A stretch of 63,965 bases of DNA, the filler included, from Basidioascus undulatus (Eukaryota): NCBI GenBank assembly GCA_000826855.1. It is 3 parts of 3 records of this genome, joined end to end, with 100 filler letters (N's around TTAATTAATTAA, not from the genome) between each part and the next. Parts side by side here need not be neighbours in the genome. Positions count along the whole stretch, not along the records: positions 21,392 to 42,666 come from JTLS01000337.1; positions 42,767 to 63,965 come from JTLS01000340.1; 1 more part is not named here. One strand, written 5' to 3'. Below the pieces are notes generated by a model, which did not search any database, was not told the origin of the DNA, and saw only the letters and a program-made list of their open reading frames with translations. Each line of letters opens with the position of its first letter. Positions within the stretch are counted from its first letter, which is position 1. Of this stretch, positions 41,978 to 53,107 are shown piece by piece. The translations under genes were made by a program, and so were the position numbers.

Positions 41978-42666
41978 GGTGATTAGGTTTGTGGTGGACG
42001 GGACGAGAACAAGGAACTGAAAGCGGGCAGATGAGGCCCTGTGGATGCGACTCACAAGAGCATTTTAGCCAAAGACAATATCATTTTCCGCATTCTCTGA
42101 CGAGAGAAGCACGCCCAAAACATGGATCTGCGGAAATACCGGCCCCGTTTGGATGCGATTGTCCTGGTACTGCTCTGCCAGGCGTCTGTCTGCTGGCCAT
42201 CCTTGGTGAATCGACCCCTCACAGCATCAACGTCCCTCTGGAGAAGGAAATTCCCTTTCACAAGCTGTATAATGAGGACTTGGTCTGGCTGTTCAGGTTT
42301 AGAATGAATTGCAGGAAATAGTAATCGGCTTGGCTGACACGACGAGTAACGCATGGAACGCCTGGTGAAGTCCTGAGAGGGGGAAAGCGGCCGCGTTCCC
42401 GGCTGCGCCGCCTTGCGGTGCCTATTATTATTATCATTCAATCCGTTTATACTCCAGCATAGTAATCGAGTACATATTAGAGCGTGCGCGGGCAGATGTG
42501 GGGGGCGAAGAGAAGCGGGAGATAATGGTTTCAGAAAATGAAGACGACAAAAGAGAATAGGCCAAAGTCTCGGTGGTGAATGAACATATGATCGTTGGGA
42601 GCATGGACCGTTTACAGCCTGGTGAATACGGGATCGTGATGGGACGCATTTTGGCGAGCCGGTTAA

Positions 42667-42766
42667 NNNNNNNNNNNNNNNNNNNNNNNNNNNNNNNNNN
42701 NNNNNNNNNNTTAATTAATTAANNNNNNNNNNNNNNNNNNNNNNNNNNNNNNNNNNNNNNNNNNNN
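42667..42766. other. artificial contig linker N44-TTAATTAATTAA-N44
   Basis: Identical to the linker at 21292-21391. Confidence 0.97.
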
Positions 42767-43023
42767 TGGGCAGGGAAGGGGGGGCTGCTCGGGCGTTGTT
42801 TACTTCTTTCGCTCCGACCCAGATCCCTTTCCTTCTCCCCAGCTCCACGCCTCGTCACCACCATCTCCTTCGTCATCGCCATCCCTCTTCATCCCTACCG
42901 CACCCATCCTCCTTTTCTTTCACCACCCCTCATCCCACCTTCCTATCCCTCCCCTCTCCCACCTTCTGCTGCTTCTCACACACCTGCGCACCAACTGACA
43001 CCTCCCTCTCTCCCTCCCCGCAG

Positions 43024-43575
43024 CCCCAACCGGCCCCCGCGGCCCCCCTCCGAACGCGCCGACCGGCCCGAAGTCCTCCATTCCGCGCTACCGGGACAAA
43101 GATCGTTCCGGCGCGGACGCGGGCGGGGACGCGGGGCTCGACTACGGCGGCGGGGCGGCAGGGAGTGCTTCGCCTGTGCGGGAGCGGGAGCGGGATCGTG
43201 ACCGCAGGGACGAGCGGGAGAGGCGGAGTAACGGGTGGGAGCGGGAGAGGGAGAGGGAGAGGGAGCGCGACAGGGATAGGAGGAAGGATAGGGAGGGGAG
43301 GGACAGAGATAGGGACAGGGAGAGGAGGAGGAGCCGGAGCCGCGAGCGGGAGAGGAGGGACAGCGCCGGCCCCGGCGGGGGCGGGAGGAGCCGTACGTCG
43401 TCTTGCTTTTTGCTTTCCACTCTACCTTCTCTTCCTCGGGACGTGCGGCTCATCGTGCGATTGTGGTTGCACACAGGCTCCCCGCCCCCGCGCAAACGTG
43501 ACCGCTCGTCCGACCGCGCTGAGCGCGAGCGGAGCGCGCGCCCTGGGGATGAGGAGGACAGGCGGTCGACCAGGT
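43024..43575 (+). CDS. 3' exons of an RE/RD/RS-rich RNA-processing protein, probably Fip1-like; 5' part lost at contig edge
   Basis: PTGPRGPPPNAPTGPKSSIPRYRDKDR..GLDYGGG followed by an RE/RD/RS tract. The PTGP..Y.D.D..GLDYG motif is recalled from basidiomycete Fip1 C-termini. The stop exon is not resolved. Confidence 0.5.
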
Positions 43576-44799
43576 GCGTTGTTCTTCCTTCCCTGCCCTT
43601 CCCGCCTTCTCTCTCCCTTCCCTCCTCGCCTCGCCTTCTATCTCTCCCGGTCCTTTCCGACTCTGTTTTGTTTTGGGGTGACGATGCTGACCTCTCAATG
43701 GTGGTGTGGGTGCGGAAACAGGCGCCGCGGGTCAACAGTGAGTGTTGGGAGGGAGGAGGAGGACGGGGGTGGGAGGGTGCTAAGGCGGCGGTGAAGGAGG
43801 GCGCCGGGCAGGAGGGAGGGAGGGAAGGCGATTCTACGCTGTTGTGCTGTTGTGTGAAAATGTAAATGATGGGTTGTGAGAAAGTGCATGTGTGCGGGCG
43901 GCTGTGAGGGCTAATGGGGACTGGGTAGCGCGGAGAGAGAAGGCAAGACGCTGGGAGTTTGGAAAGCGTTCGAAGAGCGCACTGCCAGGTTGGGCTTGTT
44001 CAAGGAGGAATTGCCGGCTTGGAGCGTCTTGGTTTGATGTCCTTCATTCACATGATGTTGGTGAGAGCGCAGTCGAGGGCCCCAACGCGGGCGGTCCCCG
44101 GTTCTCAGCGAGTGCATGAGCGACACGCGGCACGCACGACGACGAACCTGGCCGGCGGTCGAGCTCGAGCTCACTCATTGCGGGCGTGTGAACAACACGG
44201 AGGCAATGGTGTACGAGCTTGTATACGCCGCACAAGATGCGGCTGCAGAAATACGTCCAAGGAGACACTGGGGGCATTTGCCGCTAGCGTGGGTTGGCAG
44301 CGGCGGATGGAAGGGTCAAGTCGGCCGTGATCTTTGTGAACATGAAACGTTGGATGTAAGAAAAATTGCTTGAATAGACCTTGTATGGTGCTATGAAGAT
44401 TAATGGAGGATGCCAGGCAACGTGGGGGTCCTCATCCAGAAGCCCATCAGCTCATGCATTCTATCCTGTGCTATGTGCTTTGTTTTTTTACACAATTGGT
44501 CTCCACAGTCAGTTGGTACCTTACCAATAATACTCTCGTCTGGGTGCGATACCGGAGTTCTGCGGCGGCTACAAACGAGGCGACAGCTGGGTAGTGCAGC
44601 ACTGGCGTTTCAGGACTGCATGCCAACTTTCCCTGTGCTCAGTCAAGCTTTGAGGGAAAACTGAGCAGGTACCAATGCTTCTCTGTGAAGACATAATGGC
44701 TCATTCTGCAGCAAACTTCTTGCAAGTCAGTGCACACAACAAGAGCCTTCCGTAGGTGTTCCTTGGCTTTCTTGGGCTGTTACAGTCTTGCAATCTATT

Positions 44800-45272
44800 T
44801 AGAGACTCTCCGTGGCGCAGAGGTTGTCCATAAAGAAAAGATAAGCTTCTCCACTCAATGAAGAATTAAAAGGTGGAGGGGGTCTCTGTGCTAGGTACAG
44901 AGTGTCCATCCAGTGGAGAGTGTCTACACACGGCAGTGAGTCTCCGCCGGGCAAATAGGTTTTCCACTGGGAGGAGAACTTCACCCTCTGCTGAGGAAGT
45001 TGTCATATGGCAGAGAGGTTTGTCACATGGCCGAGAGGTTCTCCACTCTGTGGAGCGAACCTCTGTGCTATGGAGAGGTTCTTAATCCGGACAAGGGTGC
45101 CTCTATTGGGTGGTGGAGTGGAGAGGCTCTCCATCTGAAGGAGAGGATGTTCTCCACTAACCGGAGAGGTCCTTCACCCTGCAGAGGAAATCTCCATGCT
45201 GTGGAGAGTGTCTCCACCCGGCGGAGATGGTCTCCACGTGGCAGAGAGGTTCTCCATCCGGCGGAGAGGCTG
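44800..45272. repeat. degenerate tandem array of about 20-nt self-complementary units (consensus ~YGGCRGAGAGGTTCTCCAYC)
   Basis: Example units: tggccgagaggttctccact, ctgtggagagtgtctccacc, cggcggagatggtctccacg, tggcagagaggttctccatc. Confidence 0.8.
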
Positions 45273-45575
45273 AGAAACCAGAATTCTGGTCATCAGAAAA
45301 CCAAAATCCCAGACTGTGGAAAACAGATCTGGTAATGAGACATCAGATTTTTAGACAGCAGAAAGAATTCTACACAAATATAGAAGGCCAAAAGCAGAAT
45401 TATGGAAAGCAGAAAGCAGAATTCTGGCAATAAGAAAACAGCATTCCAACAAGAACCAGAATTCTGGGAATGGGAAACCCAAGTTCTGGATACCGAGAAC
45501 TAGAATTATGTAAGACAGAAATCATGGATATCGGGAACCAGAATTGAGGAAATGAGAAACCAGAGTTGTGGTAAT
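45273..45575. repeat. second degenerate tandem array of about 21-nt units with CCAGAATTCTGG palindromic core
   Basis: Example units: gaaaccagaattctgg, gcagaattatgg, gcagaattctgg, gaaccagaattctgg, gaaccagaattgagg, gaaaccagagttgtgg. Confidence 0.75.
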
Positions 45576-46558
45576 GTTGCTGCAATCAGCCATAATACCT
45601 CAATCTCGCAACACATGCAACAAATTTCTCATTCAATGAAATGCCAAGGTTACGTACCAGTAGTCCATAAGGGAAGCATTCAATCAAACACAACTAGTTC
45701 TCAGTACGCGCACCTCATTAAAGGCAGGGAGTGGACAGTCACTGCTCCTTATTTCGCTTGCTGTTGCCTTAGATACACCCTGGCGGAGGTTTGGAAGGAG
45801 TGCGTACACGCCAAAGAAAAATAAGTGATACCCGTCGATGACCGGCAGGGACACCTCAAACAGGGAGACTGAAACCACATCTGTCATTGTGGGAGATGCC
45901 AACAAAGTGCATTAAACAAAAGATAAGTGAGTAGAGCGCAACAACTTCGTTTGCACCGGTAGGTAGTCCGACTACTACGGTCTTCGCCGCCGGCACACCT
46001 AATCACCCTAGATCACTCACATCAACCTCCCAAGGCAGCGATTCACTCTCACAAACACACGTTTCCAAAGCTCTACATCTTGCTGCACCCGCATTCCCCT
46101 CTTCACGCTAGGAGGCAGGCGAATCAGCGAAGCTCCTCAGCTAGGCAGAATCTCGTCTCACTTTCCCACAAAGCACCGACACCCACTGTTTACCCCGCCG
46201 AAAAGACGCCGAAGGAGGCTACACGCAAAGTTCTGACGGACAGCGACCTGCGCTTGCTCGCGGATTCACTACGTGCGAGTTGGAAAGCGCAAGGGCGCTG
46301 GGGCACTGCTTGACCAGCGCCCAGCGCGCACCACCGCCGCCCCACTCACACCCGCGCCAGACCAGGCACAGCACAGACCAGACCACATGCCCACGACGCA
46401 CGCACGCTCTAGAAAAGCAATGCCTTCCCTTCATCTCTCCCGATCTCCTCCCACCGCATTCCTCCAATCTCTCTCGCTCCCTCCTCGCACCTCAACTCCT
46501 CCTTCCACACACGATCCAACTCCAACGATGCCCCATTTTATGTGCTCTTGACGAGCGT

Positions 46559-48045
46559 CTAGACGAGGCGGGCAAAAATCTTGGGCGCGGCGCAGGCGTC
46601 GACGGCGTGGAGGAGGCTGTGCGGGGCGAGCGAGCGAGCAGGCGGGGGACAGAGCCGGGGTTAGCGATCCCTGCTATTCGCACCCAATAAGGAAGGAAGG
46701 AGGAAAGGAGGGGAACGAGGGGGTAAGGGAGGAGGGGGAGGCCGGAGGACATACTGGACTGTTCGTGCGTCGCGCGGGGTGGGGGAGGGAGTTAGTGGGA
46801 GTTGGAGGGAAAGGGAAGGGGGAAAGGGTGGTCGGGGAACGTACACCTGTTGCGGGGAGGGGAGGGCGGGATGGTCAGTGGCTGATCGTTAAATTGAAGG
46901 AGATCGGGGAAGGGAAAGAAGGAAGGGAAGTAAGAAGGAAGACGGGGATGGGAAGGGGGGAGACAGAAGGTCGGAAAATTCGGGCCGCAGGCAAAAATAA
47001 CGCGAGCAAGGCGGCGTGCGGCGGGCGCAGAAGAGGAGAAGGAAAAGAAACTGCGCAAGCGGAAGGGAAGAAGGAAAATGGAAGGGAAGACGACGCACAT
47101 CTCCTCAACGCAGTCCTCGCCCTTGAAGCCGTTGCCCTCCTCGACGCGCTTCGCGCACTCGAGGTAGTGGTGCTTGAGCGGCGCGATCTTCGGGGAGGCC
47201 TCGCACTCTGCAGCGAGCGCGAGCGAGCCGGCGGGCGGAGCGAGCGGGTGGGGGGGCGAAAAGTGAGTTGGTTGGTTGGTAGGTCGATCGGTCGAACGGG
47301 ACGGGGGCAGGGGGTGGCAGGAAGGCGTCGTTTGGGCGGTCGGGTGAAGGAGGAGTTGGTTCGGCGAGCGGGGTGTCGGTGTCGGTGCGAGTGGTGTAAA
47401 GGTGGGCGGGGAGAGCGGGGTGAGGGGGAAGGACAGGGGCCATGGGAGGGTAATGAGGGGGGAAGGAGGAAGGCGAGGGCGAGGGGTGGAGGAAGAAGGT
47501 CAGTGCGGTGTTCGAGAGCATGGGAGCGGACAAAGGGAAAGAGAAAGATATACCCTCGCGGATGGCGGGGAAGATCTGGCGGGAGAAGAGCGGGAGGGAG
47601 GGCGTCAGTAAGAGTCCTCGGACCGGTGAGTGCGCGCGTGTGCGGATCGATCAACGGGGCTTTTCCACCCGAACATGAAGCACATCGTCGCGCTGCCGAC
47701 GGTGTATCCTCCCCGGCGCTGTGAGACCCATGCGTCGCGTCCAGCTCGCTACCAACCCACCACCCACCGCCTGCCGCCCATCTCCGATCCCCCTTCCCCT
47801 TCCCCCCTTCCCCGCTCGCCGCCTTTCCCGTCCCATCCCACATGCTTACGCCCACGCCCACGCAGACTCACGTCCTCCGGCTCCTCCTCCTCCTCCTCCT
47901 CCTCCTCCTCCTCCTCAGCAGGCTCCTCCGCCTTCTCCTCCTTAGCGGGCGCAGCGTCCTCCGCCTTGTCGTTGGACTCGGGAGCAGCGGGCTTCTCGTC
48001 CGCGTAGACGGTCGAGGGCGCGAAGAGCGAGGCGAGGAAGGACAT
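46559..48045 (-). CDS. QCR6: cytochrome bc1 complex subunit 6 (hinge protein), 6 exons
   Basis: Exons 48045-47872, 47575-47554, 47207-47099, 46846-46845, 46758-46755 and ~46616-46559 give MSFLASLFAPSTVYADE..poly-E..PEDIFPAIREECEASPKIAPLKHHYLECAKRVEEGNGFKGEDCVEEMFHLLHAVDACAAPKIFARLV*. Confidence 0.93.
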
Positions 48046-48282
48046 CGTTCGTAAGTGTGCGATGCGGGAGAGGTTGGGAGGAGAGAGAGAAGACGGTGGT
48101 GCTGACGGGCGGACCGGGCGAATGGGAAGACGGGCGATGCAGGGGAGCAAGGGGAAGGCGCCCGGTGGAGGGGTTACGGTTCAGGGGTGGATCGGGGCGA
48201 GGGCGCTGTGGCTGCTTTCCTACGCTCGCAAGTTGGCATTATACCTTGATACCTTCCGGAATTTGATACCACAATCCATTAA
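48046..48282. promoter_or_regulatory. putative bidirectional promoter between QCR6 and MRX11-like gene
   Basis: Head-to-head ATGs separated by 237 nt, with an AT-richer patch at 48236-48282. Confidence 0.5.
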
Positions 48283-49006
48283 ATGGCTCTCCCAGCGCGG
48301 TCCATCCGCCTCTCCCGAAGCCTGACGCGTCCCTTTCCTGCCATTCCTCTCCTCACGTCCTCCCGCTTCACCCTGTCTCCCTCCCTCGTCCGCCACTCCA
48401 CCACCCCTCCGCAGCCCGCACCTCCCAAAGACACCCCCCTCTCCCGCGCCCTCATCCAGCTCCGCGCCCTCTCCCGCCGCACAGGCACCGACCCCCTCTC
48501 CCTCACCTCCTCCTTCCTCATCCTACACGAGCTCACCGCCCTCCTCCCGCTCCTCCTCATCTTCTACGCGCTCCACCTCCTCGCATTCGGGCAGACGCTG
48601 CTCGACTGGGCGTGGGGGGTGGAGGGGGGATGGATGCACGAGAAGGCCCGCGAGTGGGCGGAGGAGGGCGCAAGGAGAGTGGAGCGCGTGGGGCGGAGGT
48701 ATGGGCTGTTCGGGTATGGGGTGGATGGGGAGGAGGAGGATGAAGGGTGGGTGGGGAGAGGACGCTGGGCAGAGGAGGTGGGGGATGCGGTGGCGGCTTA
48801 TGTGGTGGTGAAGGTGCGCGATCCCTTATTCTTCCTCGCCTGAAGCGGTGCTCACATTCCTGGAGCGCGTTCAGGCACTCCTGCCGGTGAGGATAGCCGC
48901 GTCGCTGTACCTCGCCCCACCCTTTGCGCGGAGGGTGTTCGAGCCTGCGAAGCGCCTGGTACGGACGCTGCGCTCGCGCACCGGGCCGGGCAAGGGGGGC
49001 AGCTAG
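48283..49006 (+). CDS. MRX11: mitochondrial FLILHELTA-domain protein (Mrx11-like)
   Basis: Arg/Ser-rich presequence; literal SFLILHELTALLPL motif; AAYVVVK|ALLPVRIAASLYLAPPFAR. One intron. TAG at 49004-49006. Confidence 0.85.
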
Positions 49007-49071
49007 TCGGGCAAGGGGGCAGCAGTCGGGCAAGGGGGCAGCAGTCGGGCAAGGGGGGCAGCTAGTCGGGC
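48987..49071. repeat. 4 tandem 19-21 nt G-rich units (CGGGCAAGGGGG(G)CAGC(T)AGT)
   Basis: Directly visible; spans the MRX11-like stop codon. Confidence 0.9.
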
Positions 49072-50600
49072 GCTTCATGCATCTCCAACTTGACAATCTC
49101 GAGCGCTCTGAAGTGCGCTGCTGCTCATAGAACTGGAGAGCAGGAAGACGCTTTCGATAGGGGCGTCAGTCCATCACGCATGTGTTCTCTTCCTCTTCCT
49201 GTAGAGCTTCTCCCATCCTCGCCATCGAACTCTTGCATTCATTCATCGTTCATTCCCTCACCCCGCTCACCAAACCCGGACTACAAAAAAGACCTCGCGA
49301 GTACTCGAACGCGCTGACTGTGTGCGGGTCGGGCGACGTATTCGTCTCTACTCGTTACATTCTAGCGTTCTGCCGGGGGGCCTGGACTTGCTCACTTTCT
49401 CATGCCCTCCTTCCTGCCCTCCCTGCATCAGCGTACTTTTCTCAATCGCCCAGTGGCTCGTCCGGACGCTGCGCTCGCGCGGCGCGCCCTCTCAGTTGTT
49501 CATCTTCATCGGGAGGCTTCCGACTGATCGCGCTCAAGTCCGCGCTGTTACTCTTTCCATTCAACTGGAGAAGCCGAAAACCCTTCGATCGGCGGCGCCC
49601 TGGCCTTCCTCTTTCTTTTCCTCTCACGCCTCGCGCGTCGCCCACCACGTCCATCCCGCTCACTCGGCTGGATCAAGGACTCCATGCGACTTTCGAAACG
49701 CGCTCTCGCCCTCGCTTCCGTCCTCACTCGTCCGATCTCTGCCTATCCCCCTCTCTCCAGCAAAGCGCCGCGCTTTCGGTCTGCTCGCGTCTCGTCAACC
49801 CCCACCCCAGGCCGCAGCCCGCATCGCCCCTCCAACAACCCAAGAACCACACGCGGAAGCCGAAAGCCGGAAGCCTGTTGTTTCTGTACATTACCCAGCT
49901 ACTCCCCATGTGCGTTTCTTCTCCCTCCTCGTTTTGCGGGGAGGTTCGGTTAATGCTCACAGGCTCTAGGATGGGCAGGAGGAACAGCAAACTGTCGCGG
50001 CTAGCTAGCTTGGCTAAGCCCGCTCGTGCGCTATCTCTCTTGTTCCCTTGTCTCCACTTGTATGGAAGAAAACCCCGGAGGAAATTTTGCATTGACCTGT
50101 TTGTGTTCCCTTACTCGGCGTCTGAAGCCAGAGAACAGCTTGCAGTCGCTCGCACGCCGCTCAACAAACTGGACGAAAATCTAGATCACCGCACAGGCGT
50201 ACTGCCTCTTTCGCTTGAAATTGGAGTCTTTGCAATGCAGAGTATCGTTCAGACGTGTAATGAGATGATTTACCGGCTCAAGACGAAGGAGAGTCGCAGT
50301 CCTGACAGTACCACCGTCCATTGCCAGCCCCTCCTGCAGTCAGCGTCTTCGACATTCACAGACACAAGCAGCTTAAGCATCGCACATTGTCTTCATCCAG
50401 AAATCAGTGAAAATGTTCACAACGAACCCACCGCGGGTGACGCATAGATTTGCCCCGCTCCGGTGGAGGTGTCAATTGCCTGTTTCTCCACATTGCGCAC
50501 TCCAGCCGTTATCTCATTCGATTCATTCTCGTCGATTCCTCACTTTAACCTCCTCCCTCATCACCTGAATCCACCTACAAACACTCCAGGTCAGCTAGAC

Positions 50601-51333
50601 ATGGCTGCGCACACCGGCCACTGCCTCTGCGGCTCCATCGTCGTCTCCCTTCCCTCTCAGCCGTCCGAATGCGTGCTCTGCTGGTGGTGCGTCCTCCCTC
50701 CCCATCTTCCCATCTCCCCATCTCCCCTTCTCTTCTTCCCCTCACTCACTTTCTCCCCTCGCTGATCTTCCCGAAGCATGAACTGCCGCCGCTCCACCCG
50801 GAGACTGTGGGTGTCCTTGAACCCTTTTTTCTTTCGATGATGAACATGACTAATGTTCGGAGACAGTATACTCCGCCAACTATGCAATCCCGAAAGAGAC
50901 GGTGCAGTCTCTGATACGCGCGGGACGCTGAAGACGTACAGCGATGAGCAGACTTCGAGCGGGCACCCTATGAGCGTGGGCTCATCTCGCAGCCCTCCCC
51001 AATCCCCCCATCCTCCTTCACTTTCTTCTCCCCTAACCTTCTCCTCCTAATCCCAGCGACTATCGTGCGGAGCCTGCGGGAGGCCCGTCTCCCCCTCTCT
51101 TCCCTACCACCTCCCCACGAATGAAAAAGCTGAAGAAAAGAATGGGAATATGAGGACAGCGCCATCGCCTCTTACCCCTCAGCCCCCTCCATGTCCTCCC
51201 AAGTATCCTCAAAGCCTCCCTGTTTAATGGCGAGCTGCCCCATGCGACCGCCGAGCTGTTTTTGGAGCCCAGGCCGGCGTGGGCGGGGCCTGTGAAGGAG
51301 GCGGCGCAGGTCAAGGGCGGGAAGAGGCAGTAA
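50601..51333 (+). pseudogene. GFA/Mss4-like (CENP-V family) zinc protein, copy 1, frameshifted
   Basis: HTGHCLCGSI..CWCMNCRR..LKTYSDEQTSSGHPM..CGACG..LKASLF..AELFLEPRPAW. Frame breaks near 50800 and 50910. Confidence 0.7.
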
Positions 51334-52464
51334 GGTTTAGAGAGGGATGGAGAGGGGAGATAAGTACAAGGAAGAGGATTTCGAGCTTTTTTATACTCAT
51401 GGTTGACGGACTGTGGTCTGCTGTTCGATCAAGGGACGGTTCCTTTCCCTGAGCGTGGGTCTGCACGACGCTGGGTTCGCGACTACCGGTACATTTTGGA
51501 GAACTACCCCTCAGGCAGGTCACCTTTGTAGCAGGCACAGAGTCCTGTTTAACCGCAACTGTTTAAAGGCGCAGACTGGCTCTACTCTGTTATGTCGTAC
51601 TCTGTTATGTCGTCCCTTTCGGAGAAAGCCGGTGCGTGGAGATGCGGGGACGTTGCGGGAGAATCACAGCGTGAGCACTGAGCAGAAGGGAGGCTGCGAA
51701 GGTGTGGAACGGGAACACCCACTCTGTAGCTGGATAGAAAAGCATACTTTTTTGTATTTTCATTCAGGGCTTATTAAAGAGCCGGTCCGAAGAGTATGAA
51801 GAGCCAGCTGATATTCGTTCGGCGTTGCAAGACGGTCCTCGTTCACTCAGCGACATATTGGAGAGCTGAAGATCGCTCGGAGGCTCCTCAAGCGATAGAA
51901 TTTACCGCCATGGGTACCTTGAAGGCTCTTTGTGCATGCTGACTTTAGAGGAGGTGCGCATCGAGCGCGCTGTTGGTTTATTGACTCGAGATGCATCGCA
52001 GTCGCGACGTTCTACTGGTCAACCACAGGCACCGATGGACAGCGTGCACTTAGCGGTTCTCCAAAATGAGCGCAAGTACGTGGATCGCAGGTCTCAAAAA
52101 AAAAAACGATGGGTAACGTTGGTAAGGTGGACAAAAGACCCAGAGACTCGCGTCCGAGTCGCGTTGCGTTTGACGACGCACTTGCGGCGTTCACTGATCC
52201 TGTTGCATTTCGGAATCCGCATCCCCTAGTCGTCCTTCCTGGGCAGGACCGGCCTTCTTCCCCGTTAGTCATCGCTTTACGTGTGTCATGTGCGCGGGTG
52301 ATCTCACTCTCTGTGGGCAGCGTTCCAAAACGTTGTCACCCACATACGCACCACACGTCCCGCCGTTCCCATTCCACCTTGAAAATTCTTCCATAGCTGC
52401 TTTCTGTAGGTCCTGCATCGACCCACCCATCACTGTTCACTCAGGAAAAACTGCTGCGCTCCTA

Positions 52465-53107
52465 ATGGCGTACATAGGTCACTGCCTCTGCGGCTTCATC
52501 TTCGTCTCCCTCCCCTCTCGGCCGGGCGGGTGTCCTCTGCTGGTGGTGCGCCCCATCTCCCTTCTCCCCTCCCCTCCTTCTCCGCTCTGAACCTCCCTCC
52601 TGAAGCACGAACTGCCGCCGGTCCTCCGGCTCCCCTTGATGCAATGATGGCTCACGCTCCGAACGCACACCAACCAGTCTGCTCGTCAAACTTGTCCTCC
52701 CCAAAGAGACGGTGCATATCTCCGACACGCGCGGGACACTGCACACTCACAGCGACGAGCAGACCTCGAGCGGGCATCCAATGAGCGTGGGTCTTCTCCC
52801 ATTGCAACCCTCACACCCCAGCCCTTCCTTCTTCTTTGCTAGTCCACCCTACTAAATCAATCCGAATTCTGGGAAAGCGCATGTCCTGCAGCGCCTAGGA
52901 AGGTCCGTCATCCCCCTCTCCCCGCGAAGGATAGCTTGTCAAAGACAGGGAGACATCCTGCAGTGCCATCGCCTCCTACCCATCGGCCCCTCCATGGCCT
53001 CACAGGTATTCCTCGAGGTCATGCTCTTGATGATATACCGCCGGCCAAGGCGGAAATGTTTGTAGAGCACAGGCCGGCGTGGGCTGAGGGTCAAGGGCGG
53101 GAAGTGA
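52465..53107 (+). pseudogene. GFA/Mss4-like protein, copy 2, more decayed
   Basis: YIGHCLCGFI.., SDEQTSSGHPM, AEMFVEHRPAWA. Same intron positions as copy 1 and high nucleotide similarity; multiple indels. Confidence 0.7.

Noticed and set aside
44800..45575. CRISPR-like array
   Set aside because: Units are degenerate and contiguous with no unique spacers, there are no cas genes, and the context is fungal.
46765..47861. Long 319 and 328 aa ORFs over QCR6
   Set aside because: Low-complexity read-through of GC-skewed introns and antisense frames.
48962..49480. 18-nt match CGGACGCTGCGCTCGCGC at ~48962 and ~49463
   Set aside because: Single short GC-rich match with no extended homology or element between the copies.
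49182..50447. 421 aa ORF
   Set aside because: No recognisable motif and composition typical of a chance ORF; the 3' part might be a small exon but is unsupported.
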